Counted from the first letter of the whole stretch, positions 11,440-26,111 are shown. The stretch: 63,777 nt of DNA, filler included, from Olpidium bornovanus S191 (GCA_017911155.1; 29 parts of 29 records of this genome joined end to end with filler, not necessarily neighbours in it), one strand, 5' to 3'. The notes: generated by a model not told the origin, from the letters alone. Program-made: numbers and translations.

Positions 11440-13555
11440 GCGCCGGCCCGGTCCCCTGCCAGCGGCAGCGGCAGCGGCAGCGGCAGCGGCAATTCTTTCT
11501 CCTTTTTGTCCTCGAGCAGCGACAAACAAGCGAAGAACAATGAAGACGCGGCGAGCCCGTTGTCGACGCGCTCAAGCGCGTCCGTGAAGGCGCCGTCGTT
11601 TTCCTTTTTCGACGGTGACAGAACCGCCGACGCCGCGGATCTCAACGCGCCGGCCGGCGGTGTCTCTCGAGGCGGCAGAGCGGCGTCAACGACAGTACGA
11701 GGGTCCGGAGATTCTTTGCGCAAACAACAGGACAGCGACCTTCTTTCCTTTCTGGACGCGAGTGAAGGGAAGGTCGCAGCGAAGTCGGCAGCGGAAGCGA
11801 TCTCGCTCCCGGGCCGTTCGGATCCGGAGGCGAAGTCTGCGAGTCCAGCGGGGGCTGCCGGTGCGGGGGCCCGGCCAAGCCGGCCCGCGTTCTCGTCGTT
11901 TTTCGACGACGCAAAGCCTGAAGGGGTCGGTGCCGGAACAGCGAACGCAGCGGGCGCCAGCATTAGCCCTCCTTTGCCGCGTCTGATGACCGCGGCGGGC
12001 CGACGGCGAAGTCAACCGCAGATCGCTCAAGCGCTGGACTTTTCGAGTTCCGGCGGTGCGGGTGCGATCCCGGCGCCGGCGAAGGCACCGTCGTTCCTCG
12101 AAGGTGGATTTCCGTGGGAAAAGGCCGCAGCGGAGACGTCGCCGAAGGCGAGCACGGCTGCGCTAATGCCGGAGACAGTGGGAGGCCGACCCCGCGCGTC
12201 GTCTTCGGCCGCCCCCGCGGCTGTCGCCGGCAATCATCAGGTGCCGAAAGCGTCCTTCCTGTCGTCGGAATCCCAATCGTCTGCGCCGGCGTTCGCTGAA
12301 GCGCGACAAACACCCAGCTTGGCTGGTCATCGCTTCCCATGGGAAGAGCCGGCAGGCGTTCCTCGGGGAAGGAAGGTACCGTATTCGTTTTCACGCCATA
12401 TCTCGCCCTGTACCCTTGAGGCTCGAAAGCGCAACAGTATCTCGTGCTCACCGTCGATCACCTTGCAGCGGACGTTGCCGAAAGATGTGGCGCACTCGGC
12501 AAGTCAGCAGGACCGTGGGTTTCAGGTAGAGGCACGGGCAGCCGACCCGCTGGTCACCGACCAGCTGCCCAGTCCAGCTTCGTTTTCTTCGTTGTCAGCA
12601 ACAACGCCAAGTTCGACGGCAATTAGGGAGCATACTGGTACATCCGGCACCGCTGTCTGCTAAGTCGCGCAGTCACGCGGCCAGATGGAATTTATAAGCT
12701 AACGAAAGGATGGGGTTGGGCTTCAGTTCCTCTTCTTCCGCAGTCACTGGGCAGAAGAACTTCCGGGCCAGGCCCCTACGAAAGGAAGACAGTAGAGGCG
12801 AGGACGTGCGTGCAATCATATTCCATTAAATTGGGCGCCGTCGAGACACAGCCGGCAAATGATGACCACTTCCGTGATTCGCAAATTCTTATCTATAGAG
12901 AGGACTGGTACAAGTGGCTTCACCTAAATCCCCGCGCGCCTTCGGACCGAAACGTCCTCCATTACGCCAAAATCGGGGCGCAGGGCGGCCTGCCGTTTCC
13001 CTGGTTCGAAAAGGTGGATGCATTCTCATCCGCGGGGCCGGCGCGTTCAAGCGTTCGCTGCAAACCCGGTTTGCCACGGTAAAATACCAACATCGCGCGC
13101 TCTTCCGTTCCAGGGGGACTCCTTCTACGACCCGATCACGAACACGAGCAAAACGGAGCACCCGCTCGCCCCGGTGTTACGCGAGGCGATTTTCGCCAAG
13201 CGCACGGCGCTGCCGTCCGACCTGACGTACACTGACAACGAGCTCAGCGACCTCGAACCGGAGGAGTTCGAATCCCTGGCGAAGGCGGACGTGCATAACG
13301 TGCGCAGAAGCACCGGCGCGATTGCGGATACCGCCGTGTCACTGGCGACAGCCGCGTTAGGACCGCCGACAGCCGCGTTAGGACCGCCGACAGCCGCGGT
13401 GGGCACCACTCAGCGGAGCCAAGCGGCGACGGTACATGGGATGTCGCAACCGGCAGCGCGCTGCGCCCTCGCGGACCACTCCGGAAGGCTCGGCGAGCTG
13501 CGGGACGCGTCGGCAGCGGCGTCAGAGTCGCTGAAGACGATAATGTTGGAGGTGG
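11440..13555 (+). CDS. Multi-exon protein fragment: Ser/Ala-rich disordered region with repeated SF(L/F)(D/E) and FPW motifs, then a putative folded domain
   Basis: 385-aa ORF 11506-12663. Downstream exons join at FPWFEK|GDSFYDP through a GTGGAT...CAG intron. A 21-nt coding repeat (TAALGPP x2.5) lies near 13347-13400. Confidence 0.55.
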
Positions 13556-13666
13556 NNNNNNNNNNNNNNNNNNNNNNNNNNNNNNNNNNNNNNNNNNNNT
13601 TAATTAATTAANNNNNNNNNNNNNNNNNNNNNNNNNNNNNNNNNNNNNNNNNNNNAACGGACGGAC

Positions 13667-16447
13667 CTCGAACGAAGACAGAAACGTCCGAAAAATGCCG
13701 AAGAATTCCTCGGGCGGCATCGTGGAAGAGTCCTCGCCGTACATCCGGACGACGTCCTGGTACGCGATGTTCATGGACGTGAACCGGATGTCCAAGTTGT
13801 CGAACTGCTCACCAGCCGTGGACATGAACTCCGTCATCATGTCCACAAACTTGTCGTCGGGTTGCCGATTCTCCGAATCGGCGTGGTGGCTTTCCAGCTC
13901 CTGCCGGATCATCCGGAGCTTGCTCTTGATCTCCGCATATTCAGCCCGGAGGGCCGCGAAGGATACCCGGCAAGCCGGACCCACGTCGTTTAGCTCCGTC
14001 TGTATCTGCAGCAACTCGGGGAACTTGCTTTCCACCGTCGATGCAAGGAAGTGCAGAAGCGTGGTCTTGTTGTCGGTCGATTTCGTGTCCACGAGCTTGT
14101 TAATGCTGTTGATCCTGAAACCAAAAGCACCACCGCGATAACCTGTTCCATTCATGAAGTTGCCAATCGTCAAGATAACTTCAAGGATTTTAAGAAACGT
14201 CTTCGACTCTTTGAGCGCCTGGGACGCAGCGAAGATGGCATTTACGTCCTGGACCAAAGAAGCGCAATTGGCGGTGTTAAAAAATGGTAATTGCCAAAAT
14301 TCTTGCTGGTATCTGCAAAAGCTTTACCTCCTCAAGCTCCCTGAACCGCTCGCCGAACGTCATCTTGAAGTACCACGCCTTCAGACGCGGTTCGTACCGG
14401 TCAATCTTCATCATCTCGAGGAAGAAACGGTCGCCCTTGGCGAGGGCCTCGGGGTTGTCCGTGTATGCAGTCAGCTTGCCCTTCTCCTCCGCGGTAGGGA
14501 CGAACGCGAGGAACTGCTTGATCGTTTGTTCGGTGAGAACGCTCTCGTCCACTTGCAAAATGGCAGTCCGGATTTCATCCAGCGTGTAATGTCGGATTCG
14601 CGCGAGCATGATATCTGACGCGTTGCAAAAGTCACGCGGCTAAACGTCAACCTGAACGTCGCAGGACAAGAAAAACCCTTGGAGCGCAGCTTGACGATGG
14701 ACGTACTTAGCGTGTATGCCCGCTTGGCATCCAAGACGCTTATTTCTTGGGGCTTTTCTTCCAATTTCTCCACAGCTGCTCAAAGACCGCAGATACGTTA
14801 GCGTTTTCAAAACGGCGTAACCTCATGCAGCTGGCTAACGCGCCGTTCGACGAGAGTAAATGAATTGTTTTCTCACCCTTAACGGACTTTGTGATGACCT
14901 TCGTCCCGAACATATCCTCCATCTCTTTCAGCACCCCTGTCTCGTCGAGGAGGTGACCAAATTTCTCCTTTTCGTCCTTCCCTTGGCCGAGCGTGCTCCA
15001 GAGAGTGTCGCCAACCTGGGAGGCGTTAATCTTATCCCAGTTAAGCTGCTTCAGCTTCGCCCTGGTCATGTACGTCACCTTGTTCCTCTTTAACTGTGCC
15101 GGAGGCGGCGCACCGGGTGGAGGTGGGGCCATTGGCGGCGGCGGGGCGGGCGGCGGAGGTGGAGGAGGGGGCCCAGGAAGTGCTGGCGGCGGCGGCGGCG
15201 GTGGCGGAGGCGGGAGCTGCACAGGTGACGGAGGCACTGGCGACTGTGGTGGTGAAGCCGCTCCAAGTGGTGTTGATGGCTGACTGCCGGGAACATGGAG
15301 CCTGCCATCTTCCGTTCCAGCTTCTCGCCCTCCGCCGGTCGTTTCGTCTACGGGAGCAGCAGCTTTTCCGCGGTCAACTCCCCCTCCGGTGCCACCCGAT
15401 TCTCCTCCGGCACCGCTTCCTACTCTGCCTTGACTTTCGTCCGCAATACCTCCACCAGGCCCAGATCTTCCGCCTCCCACAGCGCCGGGCAATCCTTCTG
15501 CGTTGCCGCCTTCTCTCCGTGCACGTTCGCTGTACCTCGCGGCGATAGCAGCTCGCAGCGCGGCCGGGTCAAGCTTGGTAACACTCGGCTCAATCGGTCT
15601 TTTACGCTCCGGAATCGTCGGCGGCTCGTCCGACGGATCGACCCCAAACGCTGGTCCCAGCAATGATCCTCCCCTGCCAACGCCCGCGCCGGGACCCAAC
15701 CCAGGTCCTAAACCGGGACCCATGCTCTGACCTTCGCCAGGCCCAAGTTCCGTTCCTTCGTTGTCGAGCGGGAGCCGACGAGAAATCCCGCGGATGGACA
15801 CTGCTTCCGCCTGGAAGGCGATGATTTCCTCAGCTAACTTGCTCTTTTTTACAATGACAAAATCATCCCCGTTTTCGGACGGCGGCGCAGTCACTACTGC
15901 TCCGGACTTGAAAATCCGGTTCTCCAGCATCAGGTCCTCCCGTGTCTTAGTAAGCAGCATGTTTTCTTCTGTCTCCTGCTTGAGCGCAGCGTATAACTGC
16001 TTCAACTGCGTATCCTGTTGCGCCAGTCGGATGTGGAACTGATTCTGGTAGTCAGCGATTTGCTTTTGCAGCGTCTCAATAGTGTTCCGTGACATGCGGA
16101 GGAGATCCTCCAAAGACCGGATTTTGGCTTTGAGCTGGCTAACAATTCCGTCTGTTTATAAACCGATGGTTTGCCGTTGTAAAAAAGACGTGGCAAGAGA
16201 GCACAAAAAGCATTAGGGTAGCCAAGAGCAGGAATGGTTGGGAAAACTAGGTTTGCAACGACAACGACTGATCACCTCCTCTATGAGCCAGTTCGAGCTC
16301 AAGCTCGTTCTTCTGCTTCACTACGGCTGCGACCTTTTCCTTCGCCTCCTTCGCCTCCCGAAGTGCGATGCGGAGGGTGTCCTCGTCCACGAATTTGCTG
16401 ACAATCGTTGAGACAGATATCCCGTAGGAACTCGTAAAGTCGTCATG
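13667..16447 (-). CDS. Formin (coiled coil, FH1, FH2), partial; FH2 exons end/start at 14877, 14775-14707, 14614-14328, 14248-13667
   Basis: Polyproline FH1 at about 15090-15240. FH2 motifs KLKQLNWDKI, AYTLNIML, KIDRYEPRL, ILTIGNFMNG, GGAFGF...KL.DTKS, TTLLHFL, YGED...PEEFFGIF. Four GT-AG introns checked in frame. Confidence 0.95.
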
Positions 16448-16547
16448 NNNNNNNNNNNNNNNNNNNNNNNNNNNNNNNNNNNNNNNNNNNNTTAATTAAT
16501 TAANNNNNNNNNNNNNNNNNNNNNNNNNNNNNNNNNNNNNNNNNNNN

Positions 16548-17394
16548 CATGCTCCCGAGGTCGGTCACACGGTCGAGGATATAATCGGGGTGCAGCCGGT
16601 GGTATTTGAGACTGAGGAACAGCGCACACGAGGTCTGCCCGACGACGTAGTCCGGCACCACCTCGCCGTACTCGTACGGCACATTGCGCACGCTAACGAG
16701 GATCGGGTTTCCGCGCTGCAACGGAGAGAGGGAGGGGGCGCGCGCGCGCGAGGGAGCCGTTTTGAGGAATCGAAAAAAGTAGGGGAGATCTCGAATCCAG
16801 CAGATTATAGAAAAAAAAAAACGAAGGGCACCCTCGTGCCACGGCTCCCCTCAACAACCAGGGGCGCCTCTTGCCACGGCTCCTCTCAACAACGAAGGGC
16901 GCCCTCTTGCCACGGCTCCCCTCAACGCACTTGTCTGGGGTTCACGACGATCGCGTTCGGCGCGCTTGGGCGGTGGCTTCGTGCGATTGGCGGAGCGAGA
17001 GCGCCTCGCGTCGCGGAGGTTGTTCCGGCACCGGACGCCGCGGCGGAGTCGATACCGAACGCGCTTCGGCGACCGGTTGGTGCGGCGGCGGTGTCCCCGG
17101 AGACGTGAACCGGCAACGGCGAAGGGCGGGGTCCGGCGGACGGCGCTCCGTCCCCCGCAACGGCCGCGGAAGGCGAGAAGTCTGCCGGCGGTTTCGCGGC
17201 GGAAGCAACGGTCGGTTCTGCGCCTTTTTTAGGTGGGAGGGAAGGGGGGGGGAGGTAGAGGGGCCATGTCGCATATGTCGGACACAGTTATGGTCAGTCC
17301 CGGGGCCTCTTCTCCTCCCCTTCTGCTTCCCCGGCAATCTCTCGCTCTGCCGGTGCATTCGAGACGCGCGGGTTCCTCCGGTCGCCAAATAGAG

Positions 17395-17428
<34 letters not shown>

Positions 17429-17606
17429 CACCGCGTCTCCCTCTCTGGGCCTGGAACGACTCGAGCTGCCGCCTCCGCTGCAGTTCCCCCCGCGCCGCAG
17501 CACCGTCGTTCTCCCTCGCCTCGACTTCCCGGAAAGACGGGACGCTGAACCTGGACGACGACGAGGAGGCGGAGGGTGCGGGCGGTGGTGGTTCCCCGGC
17601 CGGCAT
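16548..17606 (-). CDS. ERCC1: ERCC1/Rad10/Swi10 DNA-repair endonuclease subunit, 5' part
   Basis: Spliced NAIVVNPRQ|[46 protein letters not shown] matches the ERCC1 central domain. Probable exon 1 MPAGEPPP...[11 protein letters not shown] ends at a GTGCGT donor. Confidence 0.92.
16821..16926. repeat. About 36-bp minisatellite x3 in an ERCC1 intron
   Basis: Unit ACGAAGGGCRCCCTCKTGCCACGGCTCCCCTCAACA repeated three times with few changes. Confidence 0.9.
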
Positions 17607-18180
17607 ATGGCCCGTCCGTGACCGCGGGGCCCTCTCCCAAAAGAAACCGGGTGCGCGAGAGAAGCCGCGGGGCCGTCGCTTCCCGAGCCGCGGCGGGAAA
17701 TTGTGCGCGCGTGTCGGGAAGCGGCGCGGGCTGGGACCCTTCCGCGAGAAGGGAAAGGGGAGGCGAAAATTCGACCAGAAGGGAAAAAAAACCTTCCCTC
17801 TTTCCCCGGGCCTTCCCCACTGCAGCGGTTGGCGACCCACAACCCGCCAACCCGCAGCAAATCTCCCGTCTGAGGTGGGCTCGCCTAAGTCTTGTCTACC
17901 TGGCTTGAAAGGATCTGCTACGTGCCCCTGGTTTGTTCTGCGCATTTTGCAGACGAGCAGTCTTCCCTTGGATAACGATGTCGGTTCAAGCCTTTTCCTA
18001 TTTATCCAAATTACCCAAGAGCACCGAGAAGGGCCCCCGCAGGAGTTCTCGATCCGGTTAAACGGTCTGGCGGACAGCGGAGAGCGCTTATGTGTGTGTG
18101 GGATAGTGTGTGCGTGCTTGTGTGTTCGGGAAAAGGTGGCAAAGGGTGGCATTTGGCGGGTACCCCAGGCCAAAACCAGA

Positions 18181-18230
<50 letters not shown>

Positions 18231-18437
18231 CCAGCCCCCCCCGAAACAAATTTTAAAACCAAAAACAAACCCCCCCAAGTTTTTTTTGAAAATCCCCCCC
18301 TTTGTTTTTTTTGCTGCCCCACTGGGGGAAGATATGCNNNNNNNNNNNNNNNNNNNNNNNNNNNNNNNNNNNNNNNNNNNNTTAATTAATTAANNNNNNN
18401 NNNNNNNNNNNNNNNNNNNNNNNNNNNNNNNNNNNNN

Positions 18438-19402
18438 GGCGGTCACCGGATACGCGGATGCAGGATACCTATCTGACCCGCATAAGGCTAAGTCCCAATC
18501 CGGTTATGTCTTCATGCAGAATGGCGCTGCATTCTCGTGGAAATCGTCGAAACAGACACTTACTGCGACCTCGACGAATCACGCAGAGATCCTAGCTCTC
18601 CACGACGCGTCCAAGGAAGCCGTGTGGCTCCGTTCCCTCGCCCTACACGTGCATCGAGCCTGCGGGCTCCCGGTTGACGACCAACCAATGGTGCTTTTCG
18701 AGGACAACTCGGCGTGTATCGAGCAAATGAAGGCCGGCTTCATCAAAGGGGACAGGACGAAGCACATTTCACCAAAGTTTTACTTCACTCACGAACTCAT
18801 CGGTAAGGAGATTGATCTGCAGCGTGTGACGTCTGCGGACAACTGCGCTGATCTCTTCACCAAGGCACTTCTCGTGCCGGTTCATGAGCGGATGTGCAAA
18901 ATGATTGGTCTTAAACGACTCTCATGCCTTCTGCGGGAGGAAGAGATGGAGATCTATATGGCTTGCCTCATGCGTGAGGAAGCGGCCCTCTCAGGAGGAG
19001 CCTAGAGATGTGCACCTTTTTTGAGCGCTACCCTGACATCAGCTGTACGCTAGACGCGTCGCCTGCGGGCGCCCCGGCTTTTGGGTTTTTTCCCTGGTGT
19101 GTCAGTTTTTTTTTTTACCATTGCCTTGTATGGAGCAAGAACTCTCCTCCCCAGCACACAAGGGTGCTGAGCGTTAAAAGGAAGATTCCCCGTAAAGGGG
19201 AGGAACCACGGCCGCTCCCCTTGAGCGAGGAGGAGTGTTGTGAACCGTATGATGCGCTCTACGGGTCACGTGATCAAAGATGCCAAGACTCGGGAGGGGA
19301 GCTTCCTCTGGAGCTCTCCCTCCCGCCGTCAAACGCAAACAACGGAAAGGAAGAGAGAGAAAGGAAGACGGAAGAGAGAGAGACCTCCCTTTTTCCGCAA
19401 CA
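18438..19402 (+). mobile_element. Ty1/Copia 3' end: intact RNase H, 3' UTR, PPT and 3' LTR; Bianca-like
   Basis: GYADAGYLSDPHKAKSQSGYVF...SWKSSKQTLTATSTNHAEILALH...VWLRS...FEDNSACI...IKGDRTKHISPKFYFTHE...DNCADLFTKAL with no stops. PPT GAGCGAGGAGGAG at 19223-19235. Confidence 0.93.
19236..19402 (+). repeat. 3' LTR (167 bp) with TGTTG...CAACA termini
   Basis: Begins directly after the PPT. Terminal inverted match TGTTGTG/CGCAACA is 6 of 7. The right boundary is inferred from this match alone. Confidence 0.7.
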
Positions 19403-20071
19403 AGACGGACGACTGTAATAAAAATTCCCCAGAAAAGGGAAGGGGGGGGGGGGGTATAGGAAGGAGAGGGAAGAAAATGGGAATGGGTCCCGGAAACCCC
19501 CGTCGCGCCCGCGCGCGCCCCGCGTTGCTTTCCACGCCCCCCCCCCCCCCCCCCTTTTCCCCGGGCGGAAGTTGGGGGCCATACGAGGACGGGCGCCGAA
19601 CAGCAACGACGCGCGAGGACGGCGGCCATCCCGGAAAAAGCCAGGCCGAAAAGTGTCGAAAAAAAAAAAAAAAAAAAATCAAAAATAATAAAACAGAACC
19701 CCCCCCCCCCCCGGCGACCACAAAATCCGGCCGCGTGGGGGAATTGCCCACCGGCGCGTTCGCGCGGGGAGGCCGACGCCCCTTTGCCCCTCTCTCCCCT
19801 TTCTTTCCGGGCCGGTTTTTTTTTTTTTCCTCCTGCCAAAAAAACTTTTGGTCGCGGGCGCACCCGGGCCCCAGAGGCCTGCGGCCCGGGGCGCTGAGAA
19901 TCATCGGCAAACCGGCCGTTTCGTTCGCAGGGAGGGGTGATGATTTCGATTATTTTTTTTACGGGTCGGCTCCCTGACAACTACTCCCACGCCCCTCCCC
20001 CCCCACCCCACCCCCTTTTAATCTCGTTTCGGTGCGGCCGGTGTGCGTTTGCTCGAAAGTCGGGAGGTCCC

Positions 20072-20112
<41 letters not shown>

Positions 20113-20679
20113 GGGGGGGGGGGGANNNNNNNNNNNNNNNNNNNNNNNNNNNNNNNNNNNNNNNNNNNNTTAATTAATTAANNNNNNNNNNNNNNNNNNN
20201 NNNNNNNNNNNNNNNNNNNNNNNNNCATGGAGCGTCCGTGATTGGGGATGCCTCCGCAAAGCCTCTGCGGCAGAAAACGGGCCGTGGAGGTTGTCAGCTA
20301 CAGCCGCTGTCCAGCAGAGATGTCTGACGAAGGGGCTGCTCCGAAGGTTCGCCTTGACAATGTACGTGCGCCAGCAAGATGCAGCTTGCCCGGCTTGTGC
20401 AAAAGATCTTTTTTTTTTTACAGCAAGGCTCGCTTACGCAGGCTCAAATCTGGACGCCGGCGCGCAATGAGGTATAAATCTTAGTAAGTTAAATGCTTCC
20501 TCCATTCGTCCGTTGCGCGTCGACCTCGTGGTCGTGTTCTGCGTCTCTGCGGGAGCGCTCCGCCTTCCTTTCGTTTCGCCTTTTTTTCTCTTCGCACCCC
20601 CCCCCCCTCCCGAGAGCACTGGCCCCCTGCGGGCGCGGCCATTCCCCGTCCTTTCGGACGTCCTCTGCTCCGTTTCGCT

Positions 20680-21700
20680 TAACATCGAGAGGATCCCCGA
20701 GGCGTTTCGAACTCGACACCGCCGCGCTGTTGGCTGGCAATGTCAGTGTGTCTGGGCGTATTCCCGCGAGATCGGGAAGGTCGAGAAGCTTGAGTGCGAT
20801 CGAAATCAGCACCTCGGCCTCTGGAGAAGTTATTGTTGGTTGTGGTGGGTTCTTGGGCGGGAAGAATGACCAGAACGCAATGGACTGCTGCGGCCTGGGA
20901 AGGTACTGCGCCCTTGGAAGTACTTTGGTCAGTGGGAGTTTGACGTGAACCTGCAAAGTGGGCTGATGGCCGAACCCTCTCTTGGGTGTGGCTAGATTCC
21001 CGAGAATCCCTGACGGGGTCCCGAGTCTGGGACTGAGTCACTGCTAAGTTTGGGACTGAGTCACTGCTTCATACTGGAGGACCGCCCGCTGGCAGCGCTC
21101 GAGTGTTGATGTGTTATCAGGAACGGCGGCTATCGCTCACCGCACCTTGTCTTGTTTACCATCCATATAAGTGACAAACAGTGCTGTCATTCCGAGTTCA
21201 CCTCGCAATTGGGCAACCAAGAGATTAAACTGGACCATTTAAGCTTTGACAATTGTTGTCTGTCGGAGTTGCCGGAGCTTGCGACTCGCCTCTTCAACTT
21301 CCTGATGTCCATGATCAAAATGGGAGCGGAGGAGGTTATTCATCCCTGCCCACGACGGGTCGCCGCCTGCATCAACGTGCGCATACCAGAGCGCCTCTGG
21401 TGTCTTGAGCAGCTTGTTGGCGGCAAGATGAGGTTGGAATGGGGCAGAGATTGAGGTGAGAGTAAAGTAAGCATCAAGTTTGCAAAGGAACAGCGATGGT
21501 GGGCCCCCGTTGCCATCAAACTTCTCAATCTCCGAAAGTATTTGCCATAGGGCAACATTGTCGTGGGATGAGAATGGCGGCGTTGCAGGCGGATGAGGTG
21601 TATCATTTCCGCGGGGCGCCATATAGGCCTTGTAGGGCGGTTTAGTTGATGGCCCCGTCGGGGAATCGCCAAAATCTGAGCCAGGGAAGGTCGTAGCGAG
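20680..21700 (-). pseudogene. Retrotransposon gag (Retrotrans_gag/Gypsy-type), with stops and no pol seen
   Basis: IEKFDG...FLCKLDAYF...A..L...ALWY...SWAGMNNLLRSHF...EASRKLRQLRQTTIVKA*MVQFNLLVAQL...LFVTYMDG. Confidence 0.8.
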
Positions 21701-21875
21701 GCGGTGCGGAGTTGAGAAGATTGCTGTTTTAGATCGCGTCTTGTCTTTTCCTTTGGCGGCGGCGGCGGAGATGAGCGGCCGCGGCGATGGCGGCGGCGGC
21801 GGTGATGAGCGGCCGCAGCGACGACGGCGGCGGCGGCCGGTGAGCGGCGGCGGCGGCGGTCAGAGGAGTCGCGTT

Positions 21876-21887
21876 GGGCTCATAACC
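21876..21887 (-). promoter_or_regulatory. Primer-binding site GGTTATGAGCCC (complementary to the tRNAiMet anticodon stem-loop)
   Basis: Abuts the LTR end (...CTTAACA|GGTTATGAGCCC). This is the Ty5/Drosophila-copia half-tRNA type of PBS. Confidence 0.88.
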
Positions 21888-22145
21888 TGTTAAGTTATGT
21901 GTTTCGCCGGGTAGGCGTTTATTCAAAGGGAGGGGGCAGTTACGCGTAAAGTACATTGAACATTGAGGGGTTCCGAGTAGGTCTCTAGGTTCAACACATA
22001 GATGATCGAGGCAGTGATCGAGGCAGTGGCGGTGGATAAATGTACTGGAGTAGAAAGACCGCGTGTAACCAACGCAAAACGCTGGCCCGTGTTGAAGGTC
22101 TCCACGACCCAATCCCCAAGGTCACGAGGAGCGGCCGCGTTGACA
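21888..22145 (-). repeat. 5' LTR (258 bp), TGTCAA...TTAACA
   Basis: TG...CA ends with a 5/6 inverted match, AATAAA about 35 nt before the end, followed by the PBS and gag. Confidence 0.82.
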
Positions 22146-23506
22146 AGCTGACCACGGTTGTCAGAAGCAGAAAACCGTTTCGAAGCTCGACTTGTGGCGA
22201 TTATCGCCTCAGATTGGGCTCCGTTAAAAGGTGGTGGGATCCGTTAAACGCAGTAGGTTAACGTCGACAAGACTAAAAGGGCGCACGGCGGAAAGAAATG
22301 AAACGCAAGACGTTCACCCTCCTTCCCCCTTCCCCCCCCCTCCCACCACCACCACCAATCCGAATCCAACGCAAGGAAAGACGCGCAGACCGGCGGCACT
22401 TTGCCCTAGTGAGAGATAAGAGAAAGTAGTTTATTTTTTGGCAGANNNNNNNNNNNNNNNNNNNNNNNNNNNNNNNNNNNNNNNNNNNNTTAATTAATTA
22501 ANNNNNNNNNNNNNNNNNNNNNNNNNNNNNNNNNNNNNNNNNNNNCCGGATCCGGAGCAGGGAACTGGGCGCCTGGTTCGACCTACGGAGCAGGTTCACG
22601 GTCGCCCCCGCGACGGCGGCGACGACGGCCCAGGGGGGCCTGACCAGCACGCCGACGGACGACGAGTTCCGAAATCCTTGGGGTAGTTCCCGGCACCCGG
22701 CCGCGGCAACCCGCGTCCCTTCGTCGACGGGCCGTTTCTCTCAACGCACGGCTCAATTTGCAGCGAGGCCTCTTCCGCGAGGGAACAACCGCCCTCCGGA
22801 TTGTAATTGGCGGCGGCCGGTTCACTCTACTGTGTCTTCTAGGCCCTTGCGTTGCTACCCTTTCCATTGGCGGCCTTCGCCTTTTGGAGCCTGGCGACTT
22901 GCATCTGCATCGCGGCGAGTTCCACCGTCCCCCACTTTTTTTTGGACTTGTCCCGCCGGCGGAGAAGAAGAACCGAGTCGGACGACCCCGCGGAGACTTT
23001 GCAGACAGTTTCGACAGTCTCGACGAACAGACAGCCTTGACGACAAGGCCGGCCCGCCCGACTCCACGGGACGAACTCCGCACGCAGTTCGAAGCAGTAA
23101 TTTTTCCTTTTTTTATTTTTTATTTTTTATTTTTTATTTTTTATTCCCCTTGCCCGAGATTCCCGCTCTTGTTCCCTCCCCCATTTGGGCGTTGATGTTT
23201 ACCATCTGAGGCCCCCGCCGCACTGCGCACGCGAGAAACCCTAACCCGGCATTCTGGCGTTATTATTTAACTATTACCTCACGCACGCACGCGCACGGGC
23301 GCCATCTCTTCCCTCCGCCCTCTCTTTCCTCATCTGTCCCGCTCCCCCCGCACGGCAGGAAACAACAACAACAACAACAAAAACAACAGGAAAAAAAGCG
23401 ATTTGTTTTTTTCTTTTCTTCTTGTTCTGTTGTTCTCTTGTTCTCTTGTTTCTTGTTCTGGTGCGAAAGTCGACTTTCCTCCTCTTTTTCCCCGCCGGCG
23501 GGCCCG

Positions 23507-23574
<68 letters not shown>

Positions 23575-23624
23575 CCCCCCCCACCTTCCCCTTCCCCCGC
23601 CCCGGCCTTCGTCGCATAAAAAGT

Positions 23625-26111
<2,487 letters not shown>

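Noticed and set aside
13262-13280. GTTCGAATCC tRNA T-loop-like motif
   Set aside because: Lies inside a coding exon (EEFESL) with no cloverleaf.
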